Shown here: piece after piece, positions 49,285-62,137 of the stretch
Layout: each line of letters begins with the position of its first letter
Numbering within the stretch: the stretch's first letter is position 1
Assembly (NCBI GenBank): GCA_963924565.1
Contig: OZ004607.1
Coordinates: 3,038,001-3,102,000, forward strand
Length of the DNA: 64,000 nucleotides
Reading direction: 5' to 3'
From: Ascidiella aspersa
Lineage: Eukaryota
The notes under the pieces: model-generated
What the model saw: only the letters and a program-made list of their open reading frames with translations
Told to the model about the DNA's origin: nothing
Database searches by the model: none
Made by a program: the position numbers and the translations under genes

Positions 49285-49723
49285 GCAATAAAGCATGTCG
49301 CTTTTTACGTCTATTTTGGCCTTTATTTTCACCATTTTTTTTTTATTTCTCATAAAAACCATAAAAAAAAACATCTATAGCTTCTGCCAGCAGCAAAAAA
49401 ATTGCGTTTGTGGACCTTGCCTTTGTTTATTCGTAATTGCGCTACCTGAACAAGGGAATGTATATTTATGAAATAAAATCGTACAATACAAGTATTTTGC
49501 GTTGCCTCAGTTGCAGTAAAACCAGTGGTCATCAAACTACGTCACGCGGATAATTATTCTAGCCCACGGCATATTTGCCTAATAAAAATAAAATGCAAAT
49601 AGCTATTATAAACGGGAATATTTGTCAGATGTAAATAAGTAAAATTTGGTGAACTTTTAAAGTTTTGATGAAGTATTAACAATATTTTACCTATTATTGC
49701 ACTACGAGCGTTTGGTGTCATTC

Positions 49724-49765
49724 ACCCTGAAGAATACGATTTGAATAGGTTGCCGAAACGTTGGT
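49724..49765 (+). ncRNA. Partly decayed hammerhead motif (family E)
   Basis: ACC CUGAAGA ... GAAA CG UU GGU. Core and stem I are intact, but the closing pairs of stem II are mismatched. Confidence 0.55.
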
Positions 49766-52700
49766 TTACAATTACCAGAGGAGCTGTTTTTTGTTTAATA
49801 TTACTATGCCTGGTAGCAAAATTTTGTCTAATTTTTTACTTTATCTTATGTTTCGATAGGTTCTTGTATCATCATGTGTTAATGTGACCAAAATATATCC
49901 AAACCTCGCCAATGACAGGTGGAACGCAATTCTAATTTTTACTATGTATTTTGACAAGTTATTGGTAATGTTTAATTAGTTGAATGATGTCGAAGCAAAT
50001 AGAGTCAGACACAAAATTTTGTATCCTGCCAGCGCTCGCGATTGTTGGTAGATCCAGTGTCCGGATCTTTATTAAAAACGTCTTACTCCTAATTTTGTTT
50101 TTCCAACCGACTATATCACAAACGAGTAAACGCGAGTACATTCAAATTACAATTAGATGGTGAGCTAAATGTATAAGCAAAAAAATAATAGCATTTGAAT
50201 AACTGGGTTAACTTAACGTTTTAATAATTCGTGGAAATATGATACCCTTAAGGTGAAGGCAACCAACGAGTTGTACACTACCTTTAAAAGTGTTTAAACT
50301 AGTAGGTTATTTTTACATAACTGTTTTAAACATTAGGTATTTAATGTATAGTGTAGCAGTGTGACTGTTCTTAATTTCTATTTAACCGCTAACTATGCCT
50401 ATAGATTTCGCACACAAGTGCTTCATCCGGTCAAGTAATGTTCTTTTAACAGCGTCGATTGTTCCGTAGTTCGTAAATAAGGCAAACGAAGCTATCAAAC
50501 AAAATTAGAAGTAGCGTGTATTCAAGTGCCCGCACCATGCTTCTGTAAATGCCTGAAGCCCAACATGTAGCACGACCACTCGAACAGGTTGCTTTTCAAA
50601 ATTACAAAAAAGTCCGCACACTTATTAATCGTAGAAAGAATGCAGTTTGTAAAACGATTTACATTGCTTTACGAAGGGGGATTTAGTTGGGCATAAAGTC
50701 ATGGCTCCTCAAAAACTATATTTCCTGCAACTTTTATTATGTAAATACAAAAACTTGCGATATTTCATTATTTTTTTATACATTTCTTTTTGTATTAGGA
50801 AAATCTCTTAGGTCGTAAGACTTCTTGCTTATTATAGTATATTACGCCGTTTGAACTCAAAAACGCCAGCACACAGTTAAAAGAAATGGGCGAAAAAACG
50901 TATGAAAAGAACCGCCAAAAAGACACAAAGCAATAATAAAACCAAGGCTCGGAAGCAGGGTTATTAAATTGGTGTGTAACTTGGTTTAACGCATGCCAGG
51001 GTGCTTGGCGCTCTAGCCTTTGTCCAGCCAGTATTCCCACCCAACGGGGAGCCTTTTAACAAGTCGGTGTGAAGCGTTTGTAGTCGACTCTGGCGCCCAA
51101 GAGTCGATCAATAAGAACCGCTACTGCGGTTATTACCAAACTGTGTGCCGCAGGAGACTAGTGTGCCTCGAGAGATTGTCAAGTGTGCCGCGAAACTTTT
51201 TGTAATTTTGGAAATTAAGTTAATTTTATTACCAATAGGCACACACGCAAGAATTTAAGACTTTAATACGCTATATCTATTGCAAATTAATAATATTGAG
51301 ACATTTATATATAGTTTGTCGCGTGATAAGTGCAATTGTAAAATTACTCTATTGTTGTTCTGGTAAAACCGCGAAAAAAGTTAAAGATTTTTTTAGTGTA
51401 CAGGAACCTAAAAAAGTTTAAATAAGTCGCTAGTTAGCCTTGGATAACGCTCGTCCTTGGTGGTCAAACAAGGCAGCAGTTGCCTCTTTGCTTGCTTGTT
51501 GCGCTGCAAAACAGTGAGGTTTTTAAGTGTTTAAATTCGGTTTAAAAACAAGCTCTTGAAATGCAAGGTTTATGCAAATTGATGTTTTTAGGGGGTAGTT
51601 TGGACTGCGAAATGACGTATGTAACGTCTAAATAAACTATCAGACAGTTTTTGTGCTTGTTTACTATAAAACAGGGCAGGTACATCGACATAAATTGTTG
51701 TAAAAATAGGTTGGTCGTTTGCCCTTAAAAAGGAGTATGTAGAGTTAGGGCCTGAAAGGGATTGTATATTGCGTAAATAAACTGTTAGTTGATTTTTTCA
51801 GGTCAGCTGTACAATAATGGCGTCACATCGACCTAAATATTTATCAGTTGCTTCTCTTACACAAAAACGAACAAATCAAATTTCGGTTGGTTGCAAAGCG
51901 TGTGAGCGCATACATCGGTCGGTAAAGCGCAAAGCGTCCCATAGTAATATTAGTTTGTTCCATCACAGAAGGCTGCAGAGCGTCAGTGAAGTAACCAAAC
52001 TTTATGACGTAACCCAATGACCATAAGACATTTGACCGTGTCTACAAAACAGTGGTTTAGTTTGTTCTTGTTTGTGTTTTGTAACACGATGCTTCTGCTT
52101 TGGTTTGAGTTATTATTTTTATAATTAAGGCTCAATATGAAACCACGTATAGGCCAACCGTAAAGCGATAGATACTGGAAAATGTTATCTAACGCAGTGT
52201 TTATCAACATATGGGTCGCGTGCTAAAATGGCGTCGCTGTTTGATTTTATTGGGCCGCCGATTGCGTCAGTTTTATAACGTTTGACTCACTGGCATTGCT
52301 TCTAAGCAAAATTTCTACAAAATTTTAGAAAATCGTGAAAAAGCAGTACGAAGGCGTGGACCATATTGATTTAAACTAAATTGCTTAACGTTCTTTTCTT
52401 ATTTTTGTTTTGTCAACTTTAATATTACAAACAATTCAGGGTAAATAGTTGTATTTTTTGTCAGAGAAAAGGAACCGCAAGTTGATTTTTGTATTGCTAA
52501 ATGCAGAACAGCTAGGTTTCACTGCCTTGAATACGTTTTTATATTAGCCTAGATTAGAGCTGTAAAATGGGACATTAAAAACATAAAATTTGTTCTTTTT
52601 AATGTTCGTGTTCTTGGGAAGGCTGTTAAGCAACAATATGACAACAATGTAATTTTCCTGCTTCTGTGCAAAGATGTAGCGCTGAAATTTTTATCAGCTA

Positions 52701-52997
52701 AAGCTGTTGTCACTCTGTTTTGAAATGGCGCTATGGCGAACAACACTGGTTCTTAAGCATGTAAATAAGCTCTTACAATCGCACTACGCTTAAAAATTAA
52801 TATATGTTTTCGCTGTCAATGTTGACACCAAACCTCTACTTATTTCGCATAACAAAATGATTCAAATCTGATCGCCTTGTCAAACAGCAAATTGTAGTGA
52901 TAAACTGTGTGTAGGTACACTAATCGCGGACCGTAACTTAGCTTTAAGGATCTGTAAAATATCAAAGCCAAAAAGGTCGAGTAGATCGACAGAATCT

Positions 52998-53043
52998 TGA
53001 TTAAGACGTTTCGATAAGAACTTGTATCATCTTCAGTTAGTCA
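52998..53043 (-). ncRNA. Minimal type I hammerhead ribozyme motif (family C)
   Basis: Minus strand reads UGACUAA CUGAAGA U GAUA-CAAGUUCU-UAUC GAAA CG UC UUAAUCA. Canonical GUC cleavage triplet and stem I with 6 of 7 pairs. Confidence 0.8.
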
Positions 53044-53577
53044 CACTATCTGTAAAATAGCTTAAACAATAACTGAATACGATAGAAGTACGTATCGAAA
53101 CAACTTTATCAAGAAAATATAAATTTACTCGACAATTTGCAAGCTCAACCGTATATGTTGTGGACAAAATATTTATCTTTCTTGAAATGCGTATTCTTTG
53201 GTTGAAATAGGATCTTTATCGGTTTTATGCTTGTGCTTTGGCGTGTAGCCTGCAGCCCTTCTTCAAAAGTTGTTTACCAAGCAAATGTAATTCACTCCCG
53301 CCGATTTTCGGCTTTTCGCGTTTTGCACCTAAACCCGCGAGGATGTATCAGCCAGATTTTGATTTAATGGAAACCGCTTGTAGTTGAATTTTTTAGTCTG
53401 ACAAGCATAGGCTATGCTAAAACGTATCAAAATTAGCACGGGAATATTTACCATTCACATCCTAATGAGAAAAAATTGTGATTGACTGAATTGATTGTGA
53501 ATGATTAAATGCAATTCTAGTTCAAATTTTTGTTTACTTTCTTGTTATCGAGAATTCAGTAATTCTAGTTCTAATCT

Positions 53578-53779
53578 TCGGGCTTAATGGTTGGAGGTTG
53601 TAGTAAGACGTAGCCTAATAAGAATATCAAAGCTCATACAGAAGTAGGTATCATTTTGAACGTTTTGAGTAACTCTTTATTCATTTTCGACGTAGTCAAT
53701 TAGCCATTGAAAATGAATAAAGAGTTATTCGAAACGTTTAAAATGATACCTACTTCTGTATGGGTTTTGAAATTCTTAT
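53578..53779. mobile_element. Palindromic Penelope-like insertion (family A) with intact UUGAAAA-type hammerhead core
   Basis: Perfect 12-bp TSD tagttctaatct (53566-53577, 53780-53791). 53707-53738 reads UUGAAAA U GAAUAA-AGAG-UUAUUC GAAA CG UU. Confidence 0.78.
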
Positions 53780-54154
53780 TAGTTCTAATCTAATTTGGGC
53801 AACGTCCAAGTCTGATATCAGCTTACGCCAAATTGCAGCAATTAATTTTGGCGGTCAAACCTCGACAGGTTTGTCGTGGCGGATTAAAAAGGAGTGACAC
53901 TTGAAAATGGGTTGAGCCAAACCATCACTTGTCCTACTCGTAGGCTAAACACACTTGGCGTAATTACAAACATTTGAAGTTTTTCAGAACTGGTTAGCTC
54001 ATAAGAACTGGTTAGCTCATAAGGCGTATCTTTATGGAATCCAAAACCATTGGCAGCAGGTTTCTGCTTGTTGATCACTGTTCCGCTGCGCGTATATAAA
54101 CATTAAAAACTCAACGAGTACTAATCTGAGTAAAACCAGGTTAAGATATTTTTA

Positions 54155-54196
54155 AAGTAATACGTATTTCGCCTATACTGACATCTTCAGTTACCT
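54155..54196 (-). ncRNA. Minimal type I hammerhead ribozyme motif (family D)
   Basis: Minus strand reads AGGUAA CUGAAGA U GUC-AGUAUA-GGC GAAA UACG UA UUACUU. Stem I has 6 bp including one G-U. Confidence 0.7.
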
Positions 54197-55144
54197 AATT
54201 ACATGTGAATTAATCATGGTCTTACTCGAGTTTTTAAACTTCGAGATTATTGTTAGTTAGCCTATATAGTTAGCGCCAGTATGATGTTAGATAAGAAAGA
54301 TAACAGATAAGGTGCATTTTAGTCAAACCTTTTGAAATGCCCAGTGTAATGGGATTGGTTGCAAAAACAGTTGACCTATGTGCGAAACGTCAGTTTAGAC
54401 CAGTGTTTCAGCGCCTATATGGAACGCGACCCAAAATTTGGTCGCTGTTTAGTTCGGTTGGGTCGCCCCACTGTAAAAGTTCACAGGTTTATATTTATAG
54501 AGATTGGTTCTGAGCAAAATTGCTCCGAAATTTGAGAAAGTTGCCTAACAATGCGTAGAAGTCATGGTTCATTTCAGTTGAATTGGAACTTATGTAGGAC
54601 AATGTCGTATGTTTAGCTCACTTACGAAAGGATTAGCGAAGATAATTCGCTGTTGTAATTACGCTTAGTATTTGAGGTGCCGCATAAGTCGTTGAGAAAC
54701 AGTGGGGTAGATGGTTTGTTTTGCGGTAATAAATGTGTTTATTTGTGAGTTATGAGATCCAGTTTTTACCAGAATCAAAAAATGTTTGGATGCTGCTAAC
54801 TTTATGGTAACACAATTAGACTTAAAAAATTACAAATTGTTATTTGCAAACACGTATTATAATAGATGCACGAAACGAAACTATTTTGTTAATTTTTTAC
54901 AGCCATAAATTCATTCATAGCCGCTAAATATTTCTTGTGTAGCCGAGCATTTATAGATTTTTTCTAAATAATTTGCAAAGCATGCGAAAGAACATAGCAC
55001 CAGGGCCAAGGAGTACAAATATGCGGCCCATAATGTGTTTCAAAACTACGAAAAAATATACAATGGGTCTTACTGCCTTCACTGTTATTGCAATTATATA
55101 GGTATGTAGGATTGCTATCTGTTTGCTAACACTACAAGTAGAAG

Positions 55145-58100
55145 ATGAAGTTCTTACTGCTGTCGTGTGTTATTGCAACTGTTATCGTGTGTACTTGCTC
55201 CGAAAGTAAGTATTTAACAAATTTCCAGGAATCAGTTTCTTTGTTGTAGGTTTGTTTCGTGATAATTTGTGATTTGTCGTGAGTTCTATGCGTGTCGTGA
55301 ATATTCCATGATTGCATTTGGTTAATTGTTCATTACCCCATTACTATGTGCCAATTTTTTCATGCTAGTTAGGTGATTGTTTCGTGAATGCTTCATGTTA
55401 TTCGTGATTGGTGATATTCATTACATAAGACTGTTCATTCCCCTACAACTAAACGCAATAGACGATGTTGCTTCGCGTTAAAGTCAGTACCATGCACCAG
55501 TCATGGAAACGTGATTTTTTGTGGCTCCTGTAATATTCCAAGTCCCACGGCTTGCACCTTACATTGGGTTGGGAAGATTATAAAAGTAAAGCATTCCGGG
55601 CTTGTGCCAGCATTTTGTTCCCAACTATCATTTTGTACGAACAAAAAAACTATACATCAGCTTTAATCGGCCGGAAAAAGGAACAATTTAAGATTTGGCA
55701 GTCCACATGTTGCTTATCGAGGAGTGTGGACGGCTGGCAAATATGTGGCCCAAATATTAAGATTTTTTAATTACTTAGAGGCGTGGTTTCCAAACTGCGG
55801 TCCGTCGAGTTTAAGGTTCCCGCTATTTCAAATAAAAAAACAACTAAGGTATATAATGAATATTAACCATCAATCTTTCCCAAATAACTTTAATGTATCA
55901 ATCATTGAACACTTGCTTTTAGCGAGTATAGTTTGTAAAAGTACTGGTTCAAAAGTAAGACTATATTTATTGTATCATGACTACATTTTAATTTAGATAT
56001 TAAAAATTGATATTTAAGAAATAACTCTGTTTAGAAGAAAATTGAATAACTTAGTTTAGAAGAAAAGTTACTTCATGGACAAACGAAAATAAAAATATAA
56101 TTTTCCGATTTCTTTTTGTTTTTTTCCATGATTTTTTTTTCGAAATATGTGTTAAAAATCCTAAAATCTACGTTAAAAGTTCCCAAATCTATTTACTGCC
56201 CTAATATTTCGTCGCATCCTTTCGTTTTTTCCAGGAAAGTGTTACGTGAACCGCAGATCGTTCGTTGAGGGCGAGAAGTTCAGGTATGTTTCGCAGCGCA
56301 CCGGCTGCAAGTACAACTGCACCTGTCTCTTCGTAGGACGTCGTGCTTACGGCAACTGCACTCACAAGTAGGATGGGCTACACCTTTCGCGATAAGCACT
56401 GCTTTAAGTGGATTGACCTATACTCGCGCGCACCTGGCTACTATTTTGGGAAGTGTTTAGGCTTTAGTTTTTGTTATCGTTTAGTGCCTTAAGGCCGACG
56501 CCGAGATAGTTTTGAAATTAAATCAATAAAAAATATTACGAAATTCTAAGTCGAAAATCGGCTGGTTAGTGTTTTACGATAAAATATTTTATTAAAATAA
56601 TCAATTCTTTTATAATAATAAGCGCAAAGTTTTTTCACAAATTTAATAAAAGGTGTTTTAAAAGCTAGCAAATTCAAAACGCTACTGAAAAAGCCAAACG
56701 TTATTCAAGAATTCGTCGAAAAAACTTTGTAAAAGTTATCGGAGTTAACCTGGAATTTAACAGCTTATCTATATTTCGGTATATAAAAATTGCACACTGA
56801 TTTACAGTATTTTTTACTAGTAAACTATTGGCACTTTGGGTGTACTTTACTAAAATCTCCTGGCATATTAGGAATTGGTTGTACATGTAGCAGCCGGCTG
56901 GGAAAAACAGTTCGACTCTAACTCACAATCTATGTCTATAACATATCATTGATCACAGAATTTTGCTGCGATGTTGTTCGTGATTTTAAATAGTTTTTTC
57001 GCAGTGACCTGATTAACCCACTTGTTTTACGAGCAGATGTAGGGGGCTTACTTACCCCCCTGGATGCATGCCTGTCTACAACCCGTGTGGGTGTGCATTC
57101 AACTATACGTGCATCGACGGCGAGAAGTGTCAAGACCCTGTGGTGAGTAAACATTTTTCAGGGCTATTTTTTTAGGGGAGGGGCCTAAACCGAATTAATA
57201 TGACGTCAGAAAGTTTGGTCCACAATTTGTGCACTACATATTGCTTAGTGCAGTGATTGTTGAACTTAATTCTTTACTCAATCTCTTTTAAATCGCCAAC
57301 CTAATCTTCATTCTAAAATTTCTTAATTAACAAATCCATTGTAAATTAACTGTTATACAAATAAACACAGTAACATAATACCCACATTAAAGTTAGATTT
57401 ACACTTAACTTACCAAAGAAATAAATTACAGTTGTACATTTTCTTAGCTTGGTGTAATATAATTGTTTGAGGATTAATTTTGCAAGCCGGAATGTTGTGA
57501 AGGGCATTGACCTAAAAACACCTAAAATGTTTGCCAAAAGTTGAAAAAAGTACACTGGGTGCATCTTGCTATATTTTGTTAGCGAATGTGTAATCTCCGA
57601 CGCAATTGCCATTTTGGAAAGAAGTTTTTAGGTCTGATGCTGAAACAAAATCCAAAGCGGAAAAAATGGCTGTCGTTCTAAAATTGTTTTTTTAACAGAC
57701 GAAAAATCTCTACGCGGTTGGCGAAAAATGGACGAACTCGACTTGCTCTTGTAACTGCCTGGGAAATCAAAAGGGGGCTTATCGATGTGATTGTGGTGAG
57801 ATCTAATGCGATAACTGCAAAACTTTATTGGAACTATATGCTATTAATATCATATCTTTGTAATGGTAGCTGTAAGCAAGGTGGTTTTAAAGATAACCCT
57901 CTAATACGATAACTGCAAAACTATATAGGAACTATATCTCTGTATCTATATCTGTTTGTTTTGGGTTGGTGCCTCCTCACAGGTTGCTGTTTCTAATGTT
58001 CATGGTCTATAAGAGTATATTCCTGACTTTGCTCTCTCAACCGAAGTCAGCTCATATTCGCATAATGCATATAGTCTCTCTTCGACTATAATGCATGCCC

Positions 58101-60287
58101 ATTGCCCAAGTTCGGTTTAAGTTATACGCATTGCAGCATACACCAGAGACGCAAAACGTAATGCAAAAAGCATTCTAGGCCGTATTGTTAAAATTCCCGA
58201 TCATGGTCATTCTTACCACTTCTAGTAATTCCACATCGTTGCAATGCTTTTCGAGCCAAGATTTATTTGTCAATATTTTTGTGACCTGGAACTAAAAAGC
58301 ACATTAAAACTAACGCAAAAATTCTGTCTCGGTTGCAGATGATAAGAAAGCGGCTGCTAAGTTGGCACTGGAACAACCTTGCGTAACAGACAACGTCACT
58401 ACATGCTACAGCTGCCCGACAGGTAAGGGATAGTTCGCTAGTAATTCATCATTGTCTTACATTTTCCAAATTTAATCATCTGTTCTTAAAGATTTCTCAG
58501 CTATACTCTGCCCCGTTGAAGGCTAGCAGTTAACTCACTCTGTCCTTCAATTCTAGAAGAATCCTTTATTTAGAATCCTAATTCAAAGTTATGTTTATTT
58601 TGACGTCAACTAAAAAACGTTTTTTTCACAGTATACAGCGCTTGGCAAAAACAAGTAGTAGAAGGTATGGGGTGAATTTCCTATATATTTTCCGCATGGG
58701 GGCGCCGTAACGCCTTTCATTCGCTTCAAAGTGACTCTTTTGGGTCAAGTCTGGCGGCGCATGTAAAAAACAATCAAAGAAAATAGTAACGAACTATAGT
58801 TATGAAGAAAATGTGTCTAATATAATCTTGGAGTTTAATTTACTCTTATGAACCCAATGTTAATTTCATAATGCATGCCTGGCGTGATGGTGTCAATAAG
58901 GCTAAGTATGCGTTTATCTAAAATACAACATAAACAAAATGCTTTTAAAAACGAAAAAAAATAATACTGTTTCTTGCATATTGGCAAAATTTAAAAAAGA
59001 TGAAATTACCTTTTACAACGTCATACTTCATAACCTTTACAACGTTATACTTCATAACCTTTACAACGTTATACTTCATAACCTTTACAACGTTATACTT
59101 CATAACCTTTACAACGTTATACTTTATAACCTGACGACTGACGTCAAAATCAATCTTGAAAACATTTTTTGTTCTCGAGCGAACTCGTGGGAAAATGCAG
59201 CTAGAATCGAGTCTAATCGAGAATCGCAAAAACGCATTTACTTGGTTTAAAATGGCAAATCGCTTTAATTTTGAAACGTGTCGCATTAGGCACACATATC
59301 AGATATCGCAAATTGCTAGAAATAACGGCATTTATGGTTTAATTTGACCTTTTGGACATCTGATCTTTTCGTACTCTGTCCCTGCTCTTTATAGCAAATA
59401 GTTATGATTTGGGCTATGCTAATACAATAGGTTCCATCCTTATTTCGTATACTATGTCATGCTATATACCAGGCCACTTTACGTTATTCAATAATGGTAG
59501 ACTACATTATTTTATATTAGCGTCTATAACTGACATAAACTTTTTCATTTACACAACATCGCAAAAATCGGATCCCTAGATAAAATCCAAACAAAAACAA
59601 CCACTTATTCGGTTTGACCCATCGTTAAATTCTCTTTCCAGCAACGCATCCACTCAGGGGAAACCCCAATTGTGCGAAGCGGGCCAAATGCGAACAGTGG
59701 CCTTTCTCCCACCGGCGGAAGGGAGTCTTGGTTCCGATGACCTGCACCTGCTACGGGCCGAGGGGATTCACTCAGTGCGTGTCCCGAAAGAAGCAGAAAA
59801 GGTTGGCGTTTGTTCATATTTGTCGTCGCTAGTTTACGGTCTATGAAGGCCTTTTGACTTTATTATTTGATAATGGATAAATGGATCTCACAGCCATAAT
59901 GGTCGATTTACTCAACTTTTGATTATCAAACTGCATTACAGATCAGTGTTGCGTAGTGTACCTAAGGAATAGTTTTTTGTTTAATGAACAGCATCTAATA
60001 AAAGTTTTTGCGTGATGTAAAGTACAAAGATGCAACTGAAATTTTAGTTTAAATAAATTCAAGAAAATTACGGATTAACCTGGTAAAAAATACATTTTTT
60101 TACCGCTTAATCCGTAATTTCCCGGTACGGCGTACCAGGGAAAGTTTTTTTTCTGGAATACTTTCACCACTTTATGCATATTTACAGGTCCCTGTTAAGA
60201 AATATCGATCGTTTGCAAGGAATGGATCTCCGTTGGTCGACTTCGGAAAACACCTTAGATCCTCAAGTCAAGTCTCGAATCGTGTGA
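55145..60287 (+). CDS. Small secreted cysteine-rich protein (about 246 aa): signal peptide + VWC-like module + fibronectin type I-like modules; 7 exons
   Basis: Phase-compatible exons 55145-55205, 56235-56367, 57037-57142, 57699-57795, 58339-58422, 59642-59801 and 60188-60287 (741 nt in total). Signal peptide: MKFLLLSCVIATVIVCTCSE. VWC-like: CYVNRRSFVEGEKF...CKYNCTC...CTHKC...PPGC...CGC...YTC. FN1-like: CQDPVTKNLYAVGEKW...CNCLGNQKGAYRCD and W...MTCTCYGPRGFTQC. AATAAA near 60425. The last exon is the least certain. Confidence 0.8.
59006..59131 (+). repeat. 24-bp tandem repeat, about 5 copies
   Basis: Unit taacctttacaacgttatacttca. Confidence 0.95.
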
Positions 60288-62097
60288 TGGCAAACGTTTG
60301 TGCGAGAGAACTTCTTGTTAAAAGTTGTTGCTGGATGATTGATTGGTGGCGAAGAACGGAATTTGAATTCGTGCTAGCGCGAATCGAATTGTTAGGTTTA
60401 AAAAGTTGATTGTTCCGCCTTCAAAATAAAAACAAAATATTTTTTTCGTCGCGGCAAGAGGCCTTTCACTTCAAAATTAAAACAATGAAAATTAAAGGTG
60501 AAAAATGTGAATAAAACATATTAGGGACAGACTATAGGTGCGCATCCGTGATTTTTCACGGGGAAATTGCTACCAATATTTTAAGAAATCACGTAACAAG
60601 TTACATCATAACGTACCGTCATAATTCAACGATCTTAATAAGGATGCTAATCCAAAACCATATGCGATAATGGAATTATAGAGTAAAGTTAGAAGGAAAT
60701 TTTGAAGGCACACAAAAATAAAAAGTTGGCACGAAACACAAAAAATTAGACATTGTGTTTATGGTTTTGAAGAGTTTTTTTATTTATGGATTCATAATAA
60801 ATACATGATTTTTTGAGGGGGCACGGTCTTGTTGTCCCCTGTTTTAGGCGTTAAAAGTTTGCCGACTGAAATTAAACTTATAGCAACTGCCCATACGTGG
60901 CGGTTTGCAAAAGACTCAAGCCTAAAACCATTTGTCAAACAGGAGGCTTTTCGGCGCTGCTCTAAAATCCTGCAACATTTTCCTCGTGGGGGTTTATATT
61001 GCTAACAATATTTGGGATAGGGTGTGAGTTAGCGTTTGGTTCGGGTTGGTGAAATAGAATACAGTAAATTTTAAACGCAATAAATTTTATTCTTGTTAAC
61101 TTTTAGCAAAGTTTAAATAGGACGGAGCTATATGCGAGAATTATTCTATTTTTTAACGGCGATTCCAATACTGAGCGTAAGTTTAACATCAACTCTTTGA
61201 CGGCAAAATTGTCTTTAACTTAAATTTTTGAAATACGACCTAAGGCATTAGTATAAATAAGTTCGAATTTAGTTAATCTTAGCGATGTCTCGTATTGCTT
61301 TTTAAAGAAATCTTTCTCTGATCAAATCTCAATAAATCTAAACAAATAAAAAGACTTCAACCGGCGACTCAACCGAACCAACAGCCACAGTTGTGGGTGG
61401 CGAACCATGGGTGGAGAAACATTGGTGTGCGCGATTAAATCCCCGCGGTTATCAAAAGCTCAACTTTCGGGTTGGTGAAGTATTATTACATTTAATCCCG
61501 CGTATTTATTTCCTTCTTGCACAACCCTGCATACATAACAGCACAAAACGTTGCTAGCATATGACACAAGAGAAAATATACATCCTCGAAATTTAAAATT
61601 TGGAAATATAATTAAAGCACAAAAAGAATTGAGCCTCGTATAAACTTTTACAAAACAGAACGTCGGCATACAGACAGCGCTAGAATTTATTACCGCAATA
61701 GAAGAAAAAAAGAAGGCTGCTTTGTATAAAAACAAAGTAAAAGCACATTAAAACGTAAAACTTGCGAACCAATCGAAGGCAAAAAACCGTCGTCAAAGTC
61801 TAAAAAAATCTTGCAAAATGTCAACATTTCGTAACAAGCAGCAGTTAGTTAATTTTTTTGCTATTGAAAAGGACCTAATGGTGTTAAACTTATACAATCC
61901 ATCACCAATACAGATATATGTATAAAAAAGTCAAGTTAGGAAAAGTTGTTCACATTTTACAAATCTTGATAAAAATAAAACATAACGGTCAACAAAATTA
62001 TCAGCGACGCGAGAAAAAAAACCGCAACAGTAGTATAAACAATAAAACTCAAAGTTTAAAAAACAGAGTAAAATCAGGATCAGACATTTTTTTACAA

Positions 62098-62137
62098 AGG
62101 AATATATATTTCGCCTATACTGGCATCGTCAGTTCCT
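62098..62137 (-). ncRNA. Minimal type I hammerhead ribozyme motif (family D)
   Basis: Minus strand reads AGGAA CUGACGA U GCC-AGUAUA-GGC GAAA UAUA UA UUCCU. Stem I has 5 bp and stem III is palindromic (AUAUAU). Confidence 0.75.

Noticed and set aside
58939-59295. Overlapping ORFs on both strands with 8-aa repeats
   Set aside because: They arise from a stop-free 24-bp tandem repeat inside an intron.
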